A stretch of 57,740 nt of DNA, counting the filler, from Sphacelaria rigidula (lineage: Eukaryota), in NCBI GenBank assembly GCA_964200075.2. It is 8 parts of 8 records of this genome, joined end to end, with 100 filler letters (N's around TTAATTAATTAA, not from the genome) between each part and the next. Parts side by side here need not be neighbours in the genome. Positions count along the whole stretch, not along the records: positions 36,151 to 43,280 come from CAXNAA020016340.1; positions 43,381 to 50,510 come from CAXNAA020016341.1; 6 more parts are not named here. One strand, 5' to 3'. The stretch's first letter is position 1; the number at the start of each line of letters is the position of its first letter. The notes beneath the pieces were generated by a model. It was not told the DNA's origin. It saw only the letters and a list, made by a program, of their open reading frames with translations, and did no database searches. This document shows positions 36,901-48,898 of this stretch, one piece after another. A program made the translations under genes and the position numbers.

Positions 36901-38165
36901 TGTCGTTGAATTTCCTTGTAGCATATAATTTCACCGAACATGACGTGTTTCGGTATCCGTCCACTATATCCGTCGCTTGCACCAACCATCGATGATGCGA
37001 CAACCGCCCTTTCGTGACGGAAGAGCCTAGGTTGACCCTGACACCAGCCCCGAGATCGCAACGGTACGGTGTTCCACAACCCCCGGGATCACGAAAGACC
37101 GACGCGCTGTGGGTGGTGAGCTCAATTTTTGTGTCGGTACGGAGAGACTCGGGAACCATTTCCCGGGAGAAAGGGGCGTCTTCGTTCTGGCGTCCGTGAA
37201 CGGCAAATGAGCGGGAGAAGAGCCGAATGTGTGGGCGCCATGGTTGGAGTTGGCGCGTAGACCTCCTTGCGCGCGATGTGCCGCATCAGGTACAGTATTG
37301 AGAGCGATGGCCCAGGACAGGTAAGTTATCGGTCGATCGGTGGCTCCGATAAGGTACGATTGGAAAGTAATTTCTAGATCAGGTATACCTGGCCGAGAAT
37401 CGGCCTAGAAAGGGTGAGCGGTTTCTGGACGCGAGACGTGCGGTTTCGCGTGGCCATAGTGAGTAGAGTAAGTGACGTTTTTTTTCCCCGTTTTGTTTTC
37501 GGGACCCGGTTGCCAATTGCCGCCCCGAATGATATGCGTGAAACATTCGGAGTGGAAACGGTCAAAATGGGGTGTTTTGCTGTTTTAGCGTTTTTGCCCA
37601 TTTTTCGTATCTTGGGCACAAAACGAAAAAGTACACCTTCTCTAGGCCATTGCCCAAAAATCCATCTCCAGTTTAAAAAATTCCGTTTTGTTCGCACGTG
37701 CACGCGTCATACGTTTTCTGACGAATATGTGATATCTTCGACAAGCCGGTTGTTCCATTGGCGATACACGACTTGTTCCCAGCGATAATAGAGGCCACGG
37801 TACTGCCACAGTCCTCACAGCACATCAGCACCTGACGCATGAAGGTTCTTCAGTAAGTACTCTGTGCTCGTACGAATCAACAGGACGGACATAGCCTTCA
37901 TGCCCGCAAAACCAAAACACACTTATGCGAACTGCTTCTTTCGCAAAGCACTTAGAAGAATGAACTACAGAATTCCGGCGAAGGAATGATTATGATCACA
38001 AAATAACAGCTCCACCCTGTCGCAACCACACGCATTAAAAAGGGGGCTGCGGCGGCGCATTTGAATATACCGCCAAACTCTTCAGGAAAAACTGGAGCTA
38101 AGCAACTAATCGGCGTGCGACGAGTATATGTCACAACCACCAGTTCGTGTCCGTGTTGGTAGCAC

Positions 38166-40259
38166 TTACGCTAGGGGGGGAGACGGAGCCGAAACTGCCA
38201 GCTCCATCTTCATGCCTTCCTCTTCACCATAAAATACCACTGAAGAACCATCGACAGCAGCGTCTCCTGCCTGAAGGTGTTCACCAACCTTACACGGCGT
38301 CCTGCGAATCCGCTTTTTCATTCTTTCATCACAACTACCGCTGGGTTTCCTGCCGATCCGGCAGCTCCCACCTTCAGCACAAGAGATGGCCACGCCAACC
38401 TTCCCTCGCAAGCTCTGCCCAGAACGCTGAAGGGGAGCAAACTCTTCCAATTTCACCGTCGTGTGCGGCCTAGTCCGGAAAGGTTCGTCTTCGGCGTCCT
38501 CGGCAGGCTGCGACGGCGCGGTACTAACAAGTTCGGAACTTACGAGCAAAACAGGGCCGAGCCCGACATCACCCGCACCATCCTTGTGACTGGAGGAATA
38601 GCTGGGTTCTCCGCCCTTGGTGATATTCTCATCAAAGACGTCTCCACGTCGCCCTCGCCTGGTTGCTTGAGATACGGTGTGTTGGCATACGTTACCCTGT
38701 TTGACGTCATCAACGCGGTACATACGCCGATTCGAGCAGCCCTCGTTGCCGTGCTTGTTGCTCACTACATTCACCATACCCGCCCTCGAGTGATCGGCAC
38801 AGAACTGCACCTTCCTACCTCCCCTTACACCGTATAATGGTTGTTTGAAGCATCCTTCCTCACCGCACTTCTTGCTCGCTACATCGACCATCCCCACCCT
38901 GGCAAGATTGGCACAGAATTTCGCCATCCGATTTCTCGCTATATCGTTCGATGATTTCTTGGAGCAGCCCTCGTTCCTGCACTTCCTTCTCGCCACATTG
39001 ACCATTCCCGCCCTCGCGTGTTCGGCACAGAACTCCGCCTTCGGATTTCCCGCTACACCGTACGATGGTTGTTTGGAGCAGCCGTCGGTGCCGCACTTCC
39101 TGCTCACTACATTGACCATTCCCGCCCTCGCGTGTTCGGCACAGAACTCCGCCAACCGGCTTCCCGCTATACCGTACGATGGTCGTACGGCGCAGCCCTC
39201 GTTGCCGCACTTCCTGCTCTTCATATTTGTCATACCCGGCCTCGCGTGGTCGGCACAGAACTCCACCTTCCGAGTTCCCGCTACACCGTACGATGGTCTC
39301 TTGCAGCAGCCCTCGTTGCCGCACTTTTTGCTCACAACATTGACCATCCCCGGCCTGGCGTGATCGGCACAGAACTCCGCCCTCCGACTTCCCACTACAC
39401 CGTACGATGATTTCTTCGAGCAGCCCTCGTTGCCGCACTTTTTGCTCACAACATTGACCATCCCCGGCCTGGCGTGATTGGCACAGAACTCCGCCCTCCG
39501 ACTCCCTGCTACACCATACGATGGTTTCTTGGAGCAGCCCTCGTTGCCGCACTTTTTGCTCGCTACATCAACCATTCCTGCCCTCGCATGCTTGGCACAT
39601 AATTCAGCCTTCCGATTTCCCGCTACACCGTACAATGGTTGTTTGGAGCAACCCTCGTTCCCGCACTTCCTGCTCGCTACATCAACCATCCCCGCCCTCG
39701 CATGTTCGGCACAGAACTCCGCCCTCCGAGTTCCCGCTACACCATACGATGGTCGTACGGCGCAGCCCTCGGTGCCGCACTTCTTGCTCACCACATTGAT
39801 CATCCCCGCCCTCGCGTGTTTGGCACAGAAATCCGCCTTCGGGCTTCCCGCTACACCGTACGATGGTTGTTTGGAGCAGCCCTCGTTGCCGCACTTCCTG
39901 CTCTTCACATTTATCATCCCCGGCCTCGCGTGTACGGCACAAAACTCCGCTAATCGGCTGTATGCTATACCGTACGATGGTCGTACGGCGCAGCCCTCGT
40001 TGCCGCACTTACTGCCTTTCACATTTATCATCCCCGGCCTCGCGTGGTCGGCACAGAACTCCGCCTTCCGGCCTCCCGCTACACCGTAAGATGGATATTT
40101 GAAGCAGCCCTCGTTGCCGCACTTCTTGCCCATTACAGGAACCATCCCCGCCCTGGCGTGACCGGCACAGAACTCAGCCCTCCGGCTTCCCGCTACACCG
40201 AACGATCGTCGTTGAGAGCAGCCCTCGCTGCCGCACTTTTTGCTCATTGTATCAGCCAT
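38166..40259 (-). CDS. EsV-1-7 cysteine-rich repeat protein (about 15 x 38-aa C-x4-C-x16-C-x2-H units), intronless; 5' end degenerate
   Basis: Consensus KKCGNEGCSKQPSYGVAGSRRAEFCAEHARAGMVNVVS in a 114-bp tandem array; frame open to 40379, first ATG at 40259. Confidence 0.88.
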   Translation of the reverse strand: MADTMSKKCGSEGCSQRRSFGVAGSRRAEFCAGHARAGMVPVMGKKCGNEGCFKYPSYGVAGGRKAEFCADHARPGMINVKGSKCGNEGCAVRPSYGIAYSRLAEFCAVHARPGMINVKSRKCGNEGCSKQPSYGVAGSPKADFCAKHARAGMINVVSKKCGTEGCAVRPSYGVAGTRRAEFCAEHARAGMVDVASRKCGNEGCSKQPLYGVAGNRKAELCAKHARAGMVDVASKKCGNEGCSKKPSYGVAGSRRAEFCANHARPGMVNVVSKKCGNEGCSKKSSYGVVGSRRAEFCADHARPGMVNVVSKKCGNEGCCKRPSYGVAGTRKVEFCADHARPGMTNMKSRKCGNEGCAVRPSYGIAGSRLAEFCAEHARAGMVNVVSRKCGTDGCSKQPSYGVAGNPKAEFCAEHARAGMVNVARRKCRNEGCSKKSSNDIARNRMAKFCANLARVGMVDVASKKCGEEGCFKQPLYGVRGGRKVQFCADHSRAGMVNVVSNKHGNEGCSNRRMYRVDDVKQGNVCQHTVSQATRRGRRGDVFDENITKGGEPSYSSSHKDGAGDVGLGPVLLVSSELVSTAPSQPAEDAEDEPFRTRPHTTVKLEEFAPLQRSGQSLRGKVGVAISCAEGGSCRIGRKPSGSCDERMKKRIRRTPCKVGEHLQAGDAAVDGSSVVFYGEEEGMKMELAVSAPSPPLA

Positions 40260-42929
40260 CCCCCCACTGGCGTGACCGGCACACAACCCCCGCTCCTGAC
40301 TCCTCACCACACCGCACGATGGGATTTTGGAGCAGCTCTCGTCGCCGCACCTTGTGCACGATGGGCTGACAATCCCCACCTCCGCGTGGTCGGCAAGAAC
40401 TTCGCCCCCGGCTTCCCGCTACACCGTACGATGGTTGGATGGAGATGTCCTCGTTAACCGCACTATTTGCTTACTTCATCGACCGTCGGCACCTCCACGA
40501 CGTTGACGCCGGTCATCAACATGTGGTGATCACTTCAAGCAGCCCTTCTGGGCGCACTGTAAGCTGACATCGCCGCTACGTCGGTAAAACGAGTGGCTCC
40601 AGCGCACACCATTTCGGCCGCTTGTAGCAGTCCCACTGTCGCACGGCCGGACAAGAAGGGCATGCTGTCCCTCCTGATGCTGCCTGAGAATATTCGATGA
40701 ATTCAGACACCGGGTCAAGGATTGTCAAGTTTTTGTCGAAACAGGCATCCAGTACTTCGAGGGAAAATGACGAGTGATTGGATTGGGCCGCCCATGCAAG
40801 AAAAACAACACAAATACGTGCCATACACAACGGCCGAAAATCAGCGGTATGGGATTGTACACATGTATATTTTCTTGAAAGTTGGAAGATCTCGAGCCTC
40901 CACGAGAAATTCGTAGCACACCCGCTGTCGTCGTCATTTGTGTCATGCAGCAAGCTTGAAAAAATTCAAATGTATGTACATCCCCAAAGTCTTTGCCACA
41001 TTAAACTTTCACTCAACTTCAGCCATTCGCACGGATCAAGTGGCATGATTGAGAGGATGTTAACGCCCTCGTCATCGGCACAATCCCGCCGATTTTTGCA
41101 TTGGTAGGTGCTGCCGCTGTGGTTGTGCGTAGTGGCACAACCGGCCGGGGACTCTAGGCCTCAAACGGCGCGCAGGTTTCTCCGCGACTGATGGCTACAA
41201 ACGTTCAGTTTCCGCAACATCCATCGGCATACATGTAACAAACAAGTACGGGAAAACATCTTAACACACATATGAAATTACACCGCAAGAACCGGGAGTA
41301 AACCGAAGTCGATCTTTCCATGAATTGAGTCGGGGATCCTACGGCAAATGTACGGAATCCTGCTTTACTCTCGGTCGATACTGACCCATCTTCCAAACAA
41401 TAGCTCAGAGAGACGGCATACTGGAGGGAAGGCAACCGAAACACCGACATTTCTGTCTCTGCATGCTCGAAACGTGTCAGTGCCTTGCTGAATGTTTGAC
41501 CAACTTAGCAAAGTTAGACTCAACGCAACCCGGAGACACGAGTTGGATGGGTGAACCACACACTTCGAAATATAGGGGGAAAACATACTCAGGTTCACCA
41601 GTTGGCGGAGGAGTAGTTATTGGTGTCTGCCGACTACGGACAGTTCATTCCGTAGGGACGTCGCAAAGTCATGGTATGACTTGAGCGGTGAAGCTCATGC
41701 TTGAAGACACTCATTTCGCGTTGGTTGGTGTTTATAAAAGCTCCGGTCCCGCCTCAGCACCGGTACACGACCATCTCGATAAATTCCGGTAGACAGCTCA
41801 TAACGAATGCATGGCCACATCATCCATGCTCAACAAATACACGATCCTCGAAGCCATGATGGACTGCGCCACTGACTTGTAGTTCCTCCATCGCATGCCT
41901 CGAGAGTTGATGCCAACTTTGCTTATAAATATGGCCTCATGTGTGCAGGGAAATAGACGATATGCACCGCCCCCCGTGTATGTCACGGTAAATCGCACAA
42001 CAGAATACGCGATTGGGACACCCCAATGCATGTGGTCGCGGTAATCTTGAATCGCATCTATGGACTGGAACCGGGGTGCTGGAGCAAAGAAGCAGAAGTC
42101 AGGAGCGCACTAAAACGGAGTGAGTTTTGCAAGGTCACATTAGACACAGTAGCCCCCGAAATATGCTGATTTCGGCATACGAGAATATCAAAACATGAAA
42201 GCACCTCCAAGTCGTACCATCTTCGTGCACAGGGCGTGTGAACCTTACTTCAGGAGCAGATCACACCAAGCCCCCAACAGTAGACCGGGGGTAATGGTTA
42301 GGAACACCTCCTTCAGAAGGTCGACAAACTTAGGTTCTTGTGACCTCGGCCTTTGTTCTAGGTCATTTTGTACATGTCGTGGCATTTGTCCACCTATTCC
42401 TGTTGCCGCATATGGGCTCTCCGTGTTGTTCCATTGTCGCACACCAAGGTATCATCAGTAAATCGAGGCGTGGTCACAAAGTAGACGCAGTCAAGGTGAA
42501 AGGAACACAATCACTCGCCACTTATGGTGGAAACTCGAGCAAGGGGAATGACTAACCCTTTTGGAACCCAACGATCATTTGTTTTGCTGTAAATCGGCAT
42601 CATTTAATTTGAAAATAACTGAATATGATGCCGATTCACAAAATCGTCGATGGATTTCAAAAGAGTCAAGAAAGGTATGAAAGAAATGACGCACACACAA
42701 TCGGTTGAAAACACAAGTGCTCCCAACTCATCATCATCACATAGACCACGCTTGCTCTTGCTCTCGCTCGACGTGACTTGAGATTCATTGCAATCGTGTC
42801 TGTTCAGTTGCTCCCACGTCTATGACACAACATAGAGTTCCGGAAGATATTTTTTTCATCATAGAGTCAGTGCAAAGTGGAAGCTTATAACTTCAGAGTG
42901 GACGTTACAAGGTTCCACACGTCGGACAG

Positions 42930-43280
42930 ATCAGCTCCCTATAGCTCGAGCTAGCTCATTTTGAGCGTAGCTCCCTAGTGAGCTATGAGAGCTACATGAG
43001 CTACGCATGTTTTTCCTAGGGTCAGCTATGAGAGAAGTATGAGCTACGCATGTTTACCGTACGTGAGCTACCTACCCGTAGCTCATCAGCTCATATTCGT
43101 CCTGGGTGAGCTATGAGAGCTGTATGAGCTACGCACGTTTGCGATACGTGAGCTACCTACCCGTAGCTCATCAGCTCAAATTCGTCCTGGGTGAGCTATG
43201 AGAGCTGTATGAGCTACGCACGCTTGCAATACGTGAGCACCAACCCGTAGCTCATCAGCTCAGATTCGTCCTGGGTGAGC
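42930..43280. repeat. ~85-bp AGCT-rich tandem repeat, truncated by contig end
   Basis: CCTGGGTGAGC recurs at 43101, 43186 and 43270, with a variant at 43015. Confidence 0.9.
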
Positions 43281-43380
43281 NNNNNNNNNNNNNNNNNNNN
43301 NNNNNNNNNNNNNNNNNNNNNNNNTTAATTAATTAANNNNNNNNNNNNNNNNNNNNNNNNNNNNNNNNNNNNNNNNNNNN
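43281..43380. other. Artificial contig linker
   Basis: N44-TTAATTAATTAA-N44. Confidence 0.99.
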
Positions 43381-43934
43381 TGTAGGGATGCGAGGTTAAT
43401 GGTCTTATGATTATGACATGCATGATCATGAGTACGACCCCCCCCCCCTCCCCCCTAGATAAAAAAAAAAACTAAAGAGAAAAATTGGCCTCAGGCCACT
43501 TGTTGTGTGTCAGAAGAAAGAAAACTCGTTGGAAAATGCCTTCATGTCCCTTCTCCGTGGTTTTTCGCCCGAAAAAAGGGTTAGGCGGATGTCGACGCCT
43601 TGAAATGACTTACTCTACTCGTTGATACCGTTCCAGGGCACCTTCGCGTTTTCCGTAGGTCGCAGTTTTATTTTCGGCCAAACTTGCATTTTCCATAGCA
43701 TATAATGTTATCACAAAACAGGGGGAAAGCTGCCAGTTTTTTTTAAGTTGACTGTTATTGATAACGCAAGTTTGGCCAAAAACAAGCGTGCGACCTTCGG
43801 AAAACGCAATGGTGCCCCGGAACGGTCTGAACGAGTAGAGCAAATCATTCCAAGCTGTCAACATCCATCCGCCTAGCCCTCGTTTCGGGCGAAAAACGAC
43901 GAAGAGTCAGAACGGCGGTTTCCAGCTAGATGTA

Positions 43935-44559
43935 CTTCTCTGTCCCATATGTAAAGGTACCTAAATTTGTACGTGCCCTTAACCCTTGAACCGCGAGGGT
44001 AATCTATCTCGATCACGCATACGTTTTTCGAGTGAAATTGATGCCGATTCAACAGATGACCTACTCTTGTCGTCTAGGGGTTAACGATGTCCGATCGTTT
44101 TTGTTTTTTTAATAAACTACAGTTTTTTTGGGGTTCAGAAAATGTGTTGAAAATTTGCAGCTCGTGCCTGAACCATGCCGCCGAACGGCTGCAAAAAAAG
44201 TAGTCGGCCCAACAATGGCCGTTTTTTGTCCCTTTCCGAGGGGAGAAAAGTGTCGATCTTTTTTTTATTTTTCTAATCGCGTGAGACTCCTGGGAGCAAG
44301 CCTCAGTGAGGGTGGGGGCGATTGAAAAAAAAAACGACACTTTTTTCCCGTCGGAATGGAACAAAAACGGCCATTTTTGGGCCGACGACTTTTTTTGCAG
44401 CCGTTCGGCGGCATGGTTCCAGCACGAGCTGCAAATTTCCAACACATTTTCTTGACCCAAAAACACCAAAGAGTTGGTTCATAAAATGAAAAATAAACGA
44501 TCGGACATCGTCAAGGGCCCGTACAAATTTAGGTGCCTTTACTTATGGGACAGGGGAAG
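43935..44559. mobile_element. Stowaway-like foldback MITE (TA TSD)
   Basis: TA|CTTCTCTGTCCCATA...TATGGGACAGGGGAAG|TA; arms pair over almost the full length around a loop near 44275-44320. Confidence 0.88.
43983..44080. mobile_element. piggyBac-like MITE nested in the left arm
   Basis: TTAA|CCCTTGA...TCTAGGGG|TTAA; the opposite arm lacks it. Confidence 0.88.
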
Positions 44560-45061
44560 TATATTTTTTTGTACGCAAGAAGTGGTCTTACCGTGAGCGA
44601 TTACGTGTTGTCTCTTCATGACCACGGCTGAAGTCGAAGTGGATCCGTTAACGCTTGTGGGCGACACTTGAATAAATCGCTCGATCAGGGTATCCGCCCC
44701 GCTCCGTCCCGTCCCGCCCCGTCCCGCCCCGTCTCGTTTCGTCTCCCCCCCCCACCCACCCATCCCCTCGTTATCCACTTGCTCCGTCTCGAAACGGATG
44801 CGTGGCCGATGGTCAAACGACTAAGGCAAGAAAGGAATGCCCCCCCCGACCCCCTCTCCCTTCATGCGACTCGCTGAACACACCAGGGCGCTTCGCGCGT
44901 GGTGATTAAGTGCAAGCCTGGTCCGGCAAAAACCCGGCGTGCTCCATCCCGGCTTCGTAGGGATGCGAGGCCAATTGTCTTGAGAATACGGCATGCATGA
45001 TAATGAGTACACCGCCACCCACTCGTTATCCACGTTAACTTATATATATATATATATTCAG

Positions 45062-45469
45062 GTGGGCAAGTATGAGATGGTGAAACCGGTGGTTAAGGTT
45101 GAAATTGGCGGTAACGGCGGCGGCATGAAGGGGTCTAAGGTGGAAGATGACCAAGAAGAAGGTGGCGACGTGAAACAGCAGCCGTCGCGAAAATCCTTGT
45201 CGTCGCCGTCGTCGGAAGCTGGTGGCGAGGCAAAAAAAACTAAGGTGGAGTCGACCGGCGATGCTGACGGTGGAGATAAGGGAGGTGTGGGTAGGGAGGG
45301 AGGAGGAGGCGTGGTGAAGATGGAGGGCGGTGCGACAGAGGCTGTGAGGCTGGGCATGCAGGGGCGTGGTACCGAGGAGAAGGCAGCAGATGGTGAGGCG
45401 GGGGATGGGAAAGAGGAGGAGGAGAAGGAGAAGGAGGAAATAGATCCTCTTGCTGCGGAAGATGCTATG
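45062..45469 (+). CDS. USP7: USP7-like deubiquitinase, low-complexity exon
   Basis: TTCAG| 136 codons rich in G/E/K ATG|GTGAGA; phase 0 joins the next exon. Confidence 0.65.
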
Positions 45470-46058
45470 GTGAGAGGGTTTATGCAATACATGGGTACAC
45501 CAGCCTGTATTGTACGTTGTTTTGTCAGGGTAGTGTTTTTTTGTGCTCGTGAGCATTTTTCCAGTATTCGTCACAACTATTGAGGCGAAAGCACTCCCGC
45601 GGGGTGAAATATTTTCGAAGAACAAGCGGTCTACGATGAAGCGCATCTCATGACTAGATTTCCATTCCCTAATTTTTCGGGTGTTCAAGTAAAGTGTAAG
45701 TGTCGTCTTTGTCGAGGACTCAAATTACTTTGTTACACGTACTTCTTCCTCCCCTCCCCCGCCCCCCCCCGCCCCCGTCGTGTTTTGTTCAATGTTCAAT
45801 GTTCAAACGACTAAGGCAAGCAACAAATGAGTACGCCCCTCCCCTTCCCCCGCCCGTCGTGTTTCAAACCCCAACCCTCTTCATAGTGAGTTGTGGAGGG
45901 TCGACGCATCAATTTGATTCTCGCCAGGAATTGTATATGCCTGGTGCTCTAGTTGCTGTCGAAGATTATTCAGCCAGCACTATCGCACGCGGTCGGCTCT
46001 GACCGACTTTTTTCTCTATAACTGGAGTCTTCACACAGTTCCCACGACGGAAAACCAT

Positions 46059-46308
46059 CAAGGGTGTGTTGAGTAGGGTGAATACCCGGATATGTACTCT
46101 CCCGAATTTTTGGTTGCGATGGCCCGATATCCAAACTTTACCGAAATTATCGGGTACAGTTAAGGTACGATCACATTTCTTTACCCAATATTTGGCTGTT
46201 GTTGAATATGATCTGATTTCTCTACCCCAATTTGGCGTACGTGAAGTACGATTTTTTCTTCAATTCCCCAAGTGCCGAAAATAAAATACCTTACCCGGCA
46301 GACCCTTG
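46059..46308. mobile_element. 250-bp hAT-like MITE
   Basis: AAAACCAT|CAAGGGT...ACCCTTG|AAAACCAC (8-bp TSD, 1 mismatch). Confidence 0.8.
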
Positions 46309-46888
46309 AAAACCACGTTCTGCTCGAAAGGAACGTGCGCATGTAAGAGTACATGTATCAGGGTTGGAAGAATCCTAGCATCCTTCCCCGCTCGAGCTGT
46401 CCGTTGGAGAACAGTTGGACCGGGGGATTGCGGCAGCTCCGTGTGTACGGAGTAAAAAACATATATACTAACTTCAATAAAGGTTATTATTTACGACTGT
46501 CTGCGGCCGTGCAGTACTGCAAGTTAGTGATCTTCCGAGTAGCGTCATAGGGTGAGGGTAAGGGTAAATATATATATATATATATGTATAACAAACGTAT
46601 ACATTTATATATATATACTCGAAGTACATGTACATGCACACTGAATCCGTGCAAACTGAAGAAAACGAGACGATGTACATACACCAACTGTTGAGAGAGG
46701 GGGCATGTGCGCATGCAGGATGTTCACTACTACGTCATTTTCGTCGCCGAAGGCCCTCCAAATCTTTGTTGGGGAACTATGTTGCCATAGCCACTACTCT
46801 CATCGTCCGTCCGCGTCGCATGACTGACTTCTGATGGCTATTTCTATATTACCGCCCCTTCTCGCTCCCCCTCCCCCTCCCCCATCAG

Positions 46889-46957
46889 GTCGAAAGGATT
46901 CGCAAGGGCGAAGCGTATGAGCGAATTCTCAACAACCATGTACTGTGCTTCTTTAAG
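46889..46957 (+). CDS. USP7: USP7-like deubiquitinase exon
   Basis: CATCAG| VERIRKGEAYERILNNHVLCFFK |GTGTGT; absent from the ORF track. Confidence 0.8.
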
Positions 46958-47861
46958 GTGTGTTGGCAAAAGGTCTTGACGGGGGGCGGGGGGCGGGGGG
47001 GTGGGTTACAAGGCAAAATAAAATAAAAAGAGGGAGAGAAGATAAGACTCGTAGGTGTGAGAGTCCTAGATACTGTAAGATAGATTGTGAACACCGTCCT
47101 CAAGTACCAGTTACAGATTTTAAGGTCTGGAGAATGACTCTTGAAATAACGTTCTTGGAAATTTATAGCTTTCGAACCGATGACAACGCTTCAGTAACTC
47201 TTACCTCAACCCAGAGCATTCCGAGAACCCTCGACCAAGGGAGGCACAGAGGTTGCTCCCGGCAAAATGTGCGTTGAAAGTCCTAAAGTCGCCGCCTGCC
47301 GCGCCGATTTTGACGAGAAACGCCTTCTGTGCACGCAGGGGGGCACTAGGGACTGTTACTGTTATCCCCGCTTCGAGATCTGGATATCGGTATTTACACT
47401 CCGATCGTGTAATACCATTCTGGGAAACTTTTTGAAGAGGCATTCCACGGACCTGTAAACTCCAACTACAATCATGTCATTGGAAACAGACACCATGTGG
47501 GAACATGAACAAGAGGGGGGGGGAAGGGGGGGGTCCAAAAGGCGTGGCACGTTCCTCACACGAGCGAACGACACGCGTAGGATACGTCGTAGCTGCTGTA
47601 GTGCCGAAGTACGCCTCCATACCCCTACACCCCGTCTTGCCCCACTCACACATGGTTGGTACAAACAGGCGTTACGCTTCCTCCTCCCCGTCCTTACTTG
47701 TTTCCTTTCGTAGCCAACACTTGGGTTGTACATGTGTGATAATGCGTGTGTGTGTATCTTTTTTTTTTTTGTCGCGTGAACATTGTCGCCACCTTGTGTA
47801 CCTAACCTGCCGGTGCGCCTGCCTGCGTGCGCACCTGCCTGTCTGGGACGAAATGACCTAG

Positions 47862-48011
47862 ATGTACGACCCAGATGCACAGCCACAGCCGACGCTGTCC
47901 TACATGGGCCATTCACTGCTAAAGGCAGAGGATAGCAGCGCCATGTTGGCCTCTGAGGCGGTTCGTCTCGCCGGCTTGCCCCCGGGCACTCCTGTAGATC
48001 TCTACGAGCAG
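47862..48011 (+). CDS. USP7: USP7-like deubiquitinase exon (UBL region)
   Basis: TAG| MYDP..LSYMGH..AGLPPGTPVDLYEQ |GTGCGA; fits the USP7/UBP12 pattern FLKxYDP..L.Y.GH..AG....L.LYEE. Confidence 0.88.
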
Positions 48012-48898
48012 GTGCGAGAGGGAAGAGGGAGTGTGGGAAGGTGTGTATGAGGAGCGGGGGGCGAGGGAGAATGCTTGAGTGTGGTTGTAATGGCCAGTAG
48101 ATTGATTCATCATGATCGTATCAACCGAGATCGGTCACGAATATCAACTTGCAGGCCACAAGCCGTGAGTACGTACGAATCCGAGGAGCAAGGAAGTAAG
48201 GAGCTCAATTTTGATGTGCTCTCAGAGACGTGGTACGCAGCATGGCACATATGTATATTTATATGTAGCACACCCCGGATAATATATTACCTTCTCAAAA
48301 GTGTACTGCGTACAGTGTGGAATGTTTTGTCCAGGGTGTGATATACAGAGGCAGACGACATACGTGCATTTTGGACTAAAGGTACGTAGCGATTGCGATG
48401 GATATGGTGTAGTATGCAGCTCACGAGCCGTCGAGTTCCCCAGGAGTTCAACCTAGGTCTGACGGAGGTTCGGTGCCCCAAGGGATTAACCGTTTAGCTG
48501 CCCATGCATGTCACATTTATGTGTCAGGATCATTTTCACCTGGATGGATAATGAGAGTGTTGAAACTACTGCTCAGGTGTCTCCATCTACCCGCGGGTTC
48601 TCGAAGGGTTCAGAGGTGAACCAAGGTTTCGGATAAAATGGTGGTGGCAGAGATGGTGACCGAACATTATCGCGTTTTTGTGACGGGAAAATTAAGTAGA
48701 AAAAAAAGCGCTCTTAAGTTACAGTTGTCTGTCTGTTTTTGTGTGTGATGTGTGTACGCATGTAGTTAGTTGGATGGATACAACGAATGTGGCCATTCTA
48801 GTGTATCCTCCTTCTAAGATCAAATGTGTTGCTTGTGCTGATATTGAGTTGAGTATTGCTGGTAGAGTGATGGTGATGGGGTGACGCTTGCCGCTCAG

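Noticed and set aside
38277..40457. Plus-strand and alternative-frame ORFs with repeated peptides
   Set aside because: Shadows of the EsV-1-7 coding array.
41798..42442. Two possible minus-strand exons
   Set aside because: No recognisable motif, and the apparent splice phases do not match.
36151..43280. Endogenous phaeovirus segment implied by the EsV-1-7 gene
   Set aside because: No other viral-like ORFs or gene-dense layout; flanks look like host repeat and intergenic DNA, and the family is widespread in host genomes.
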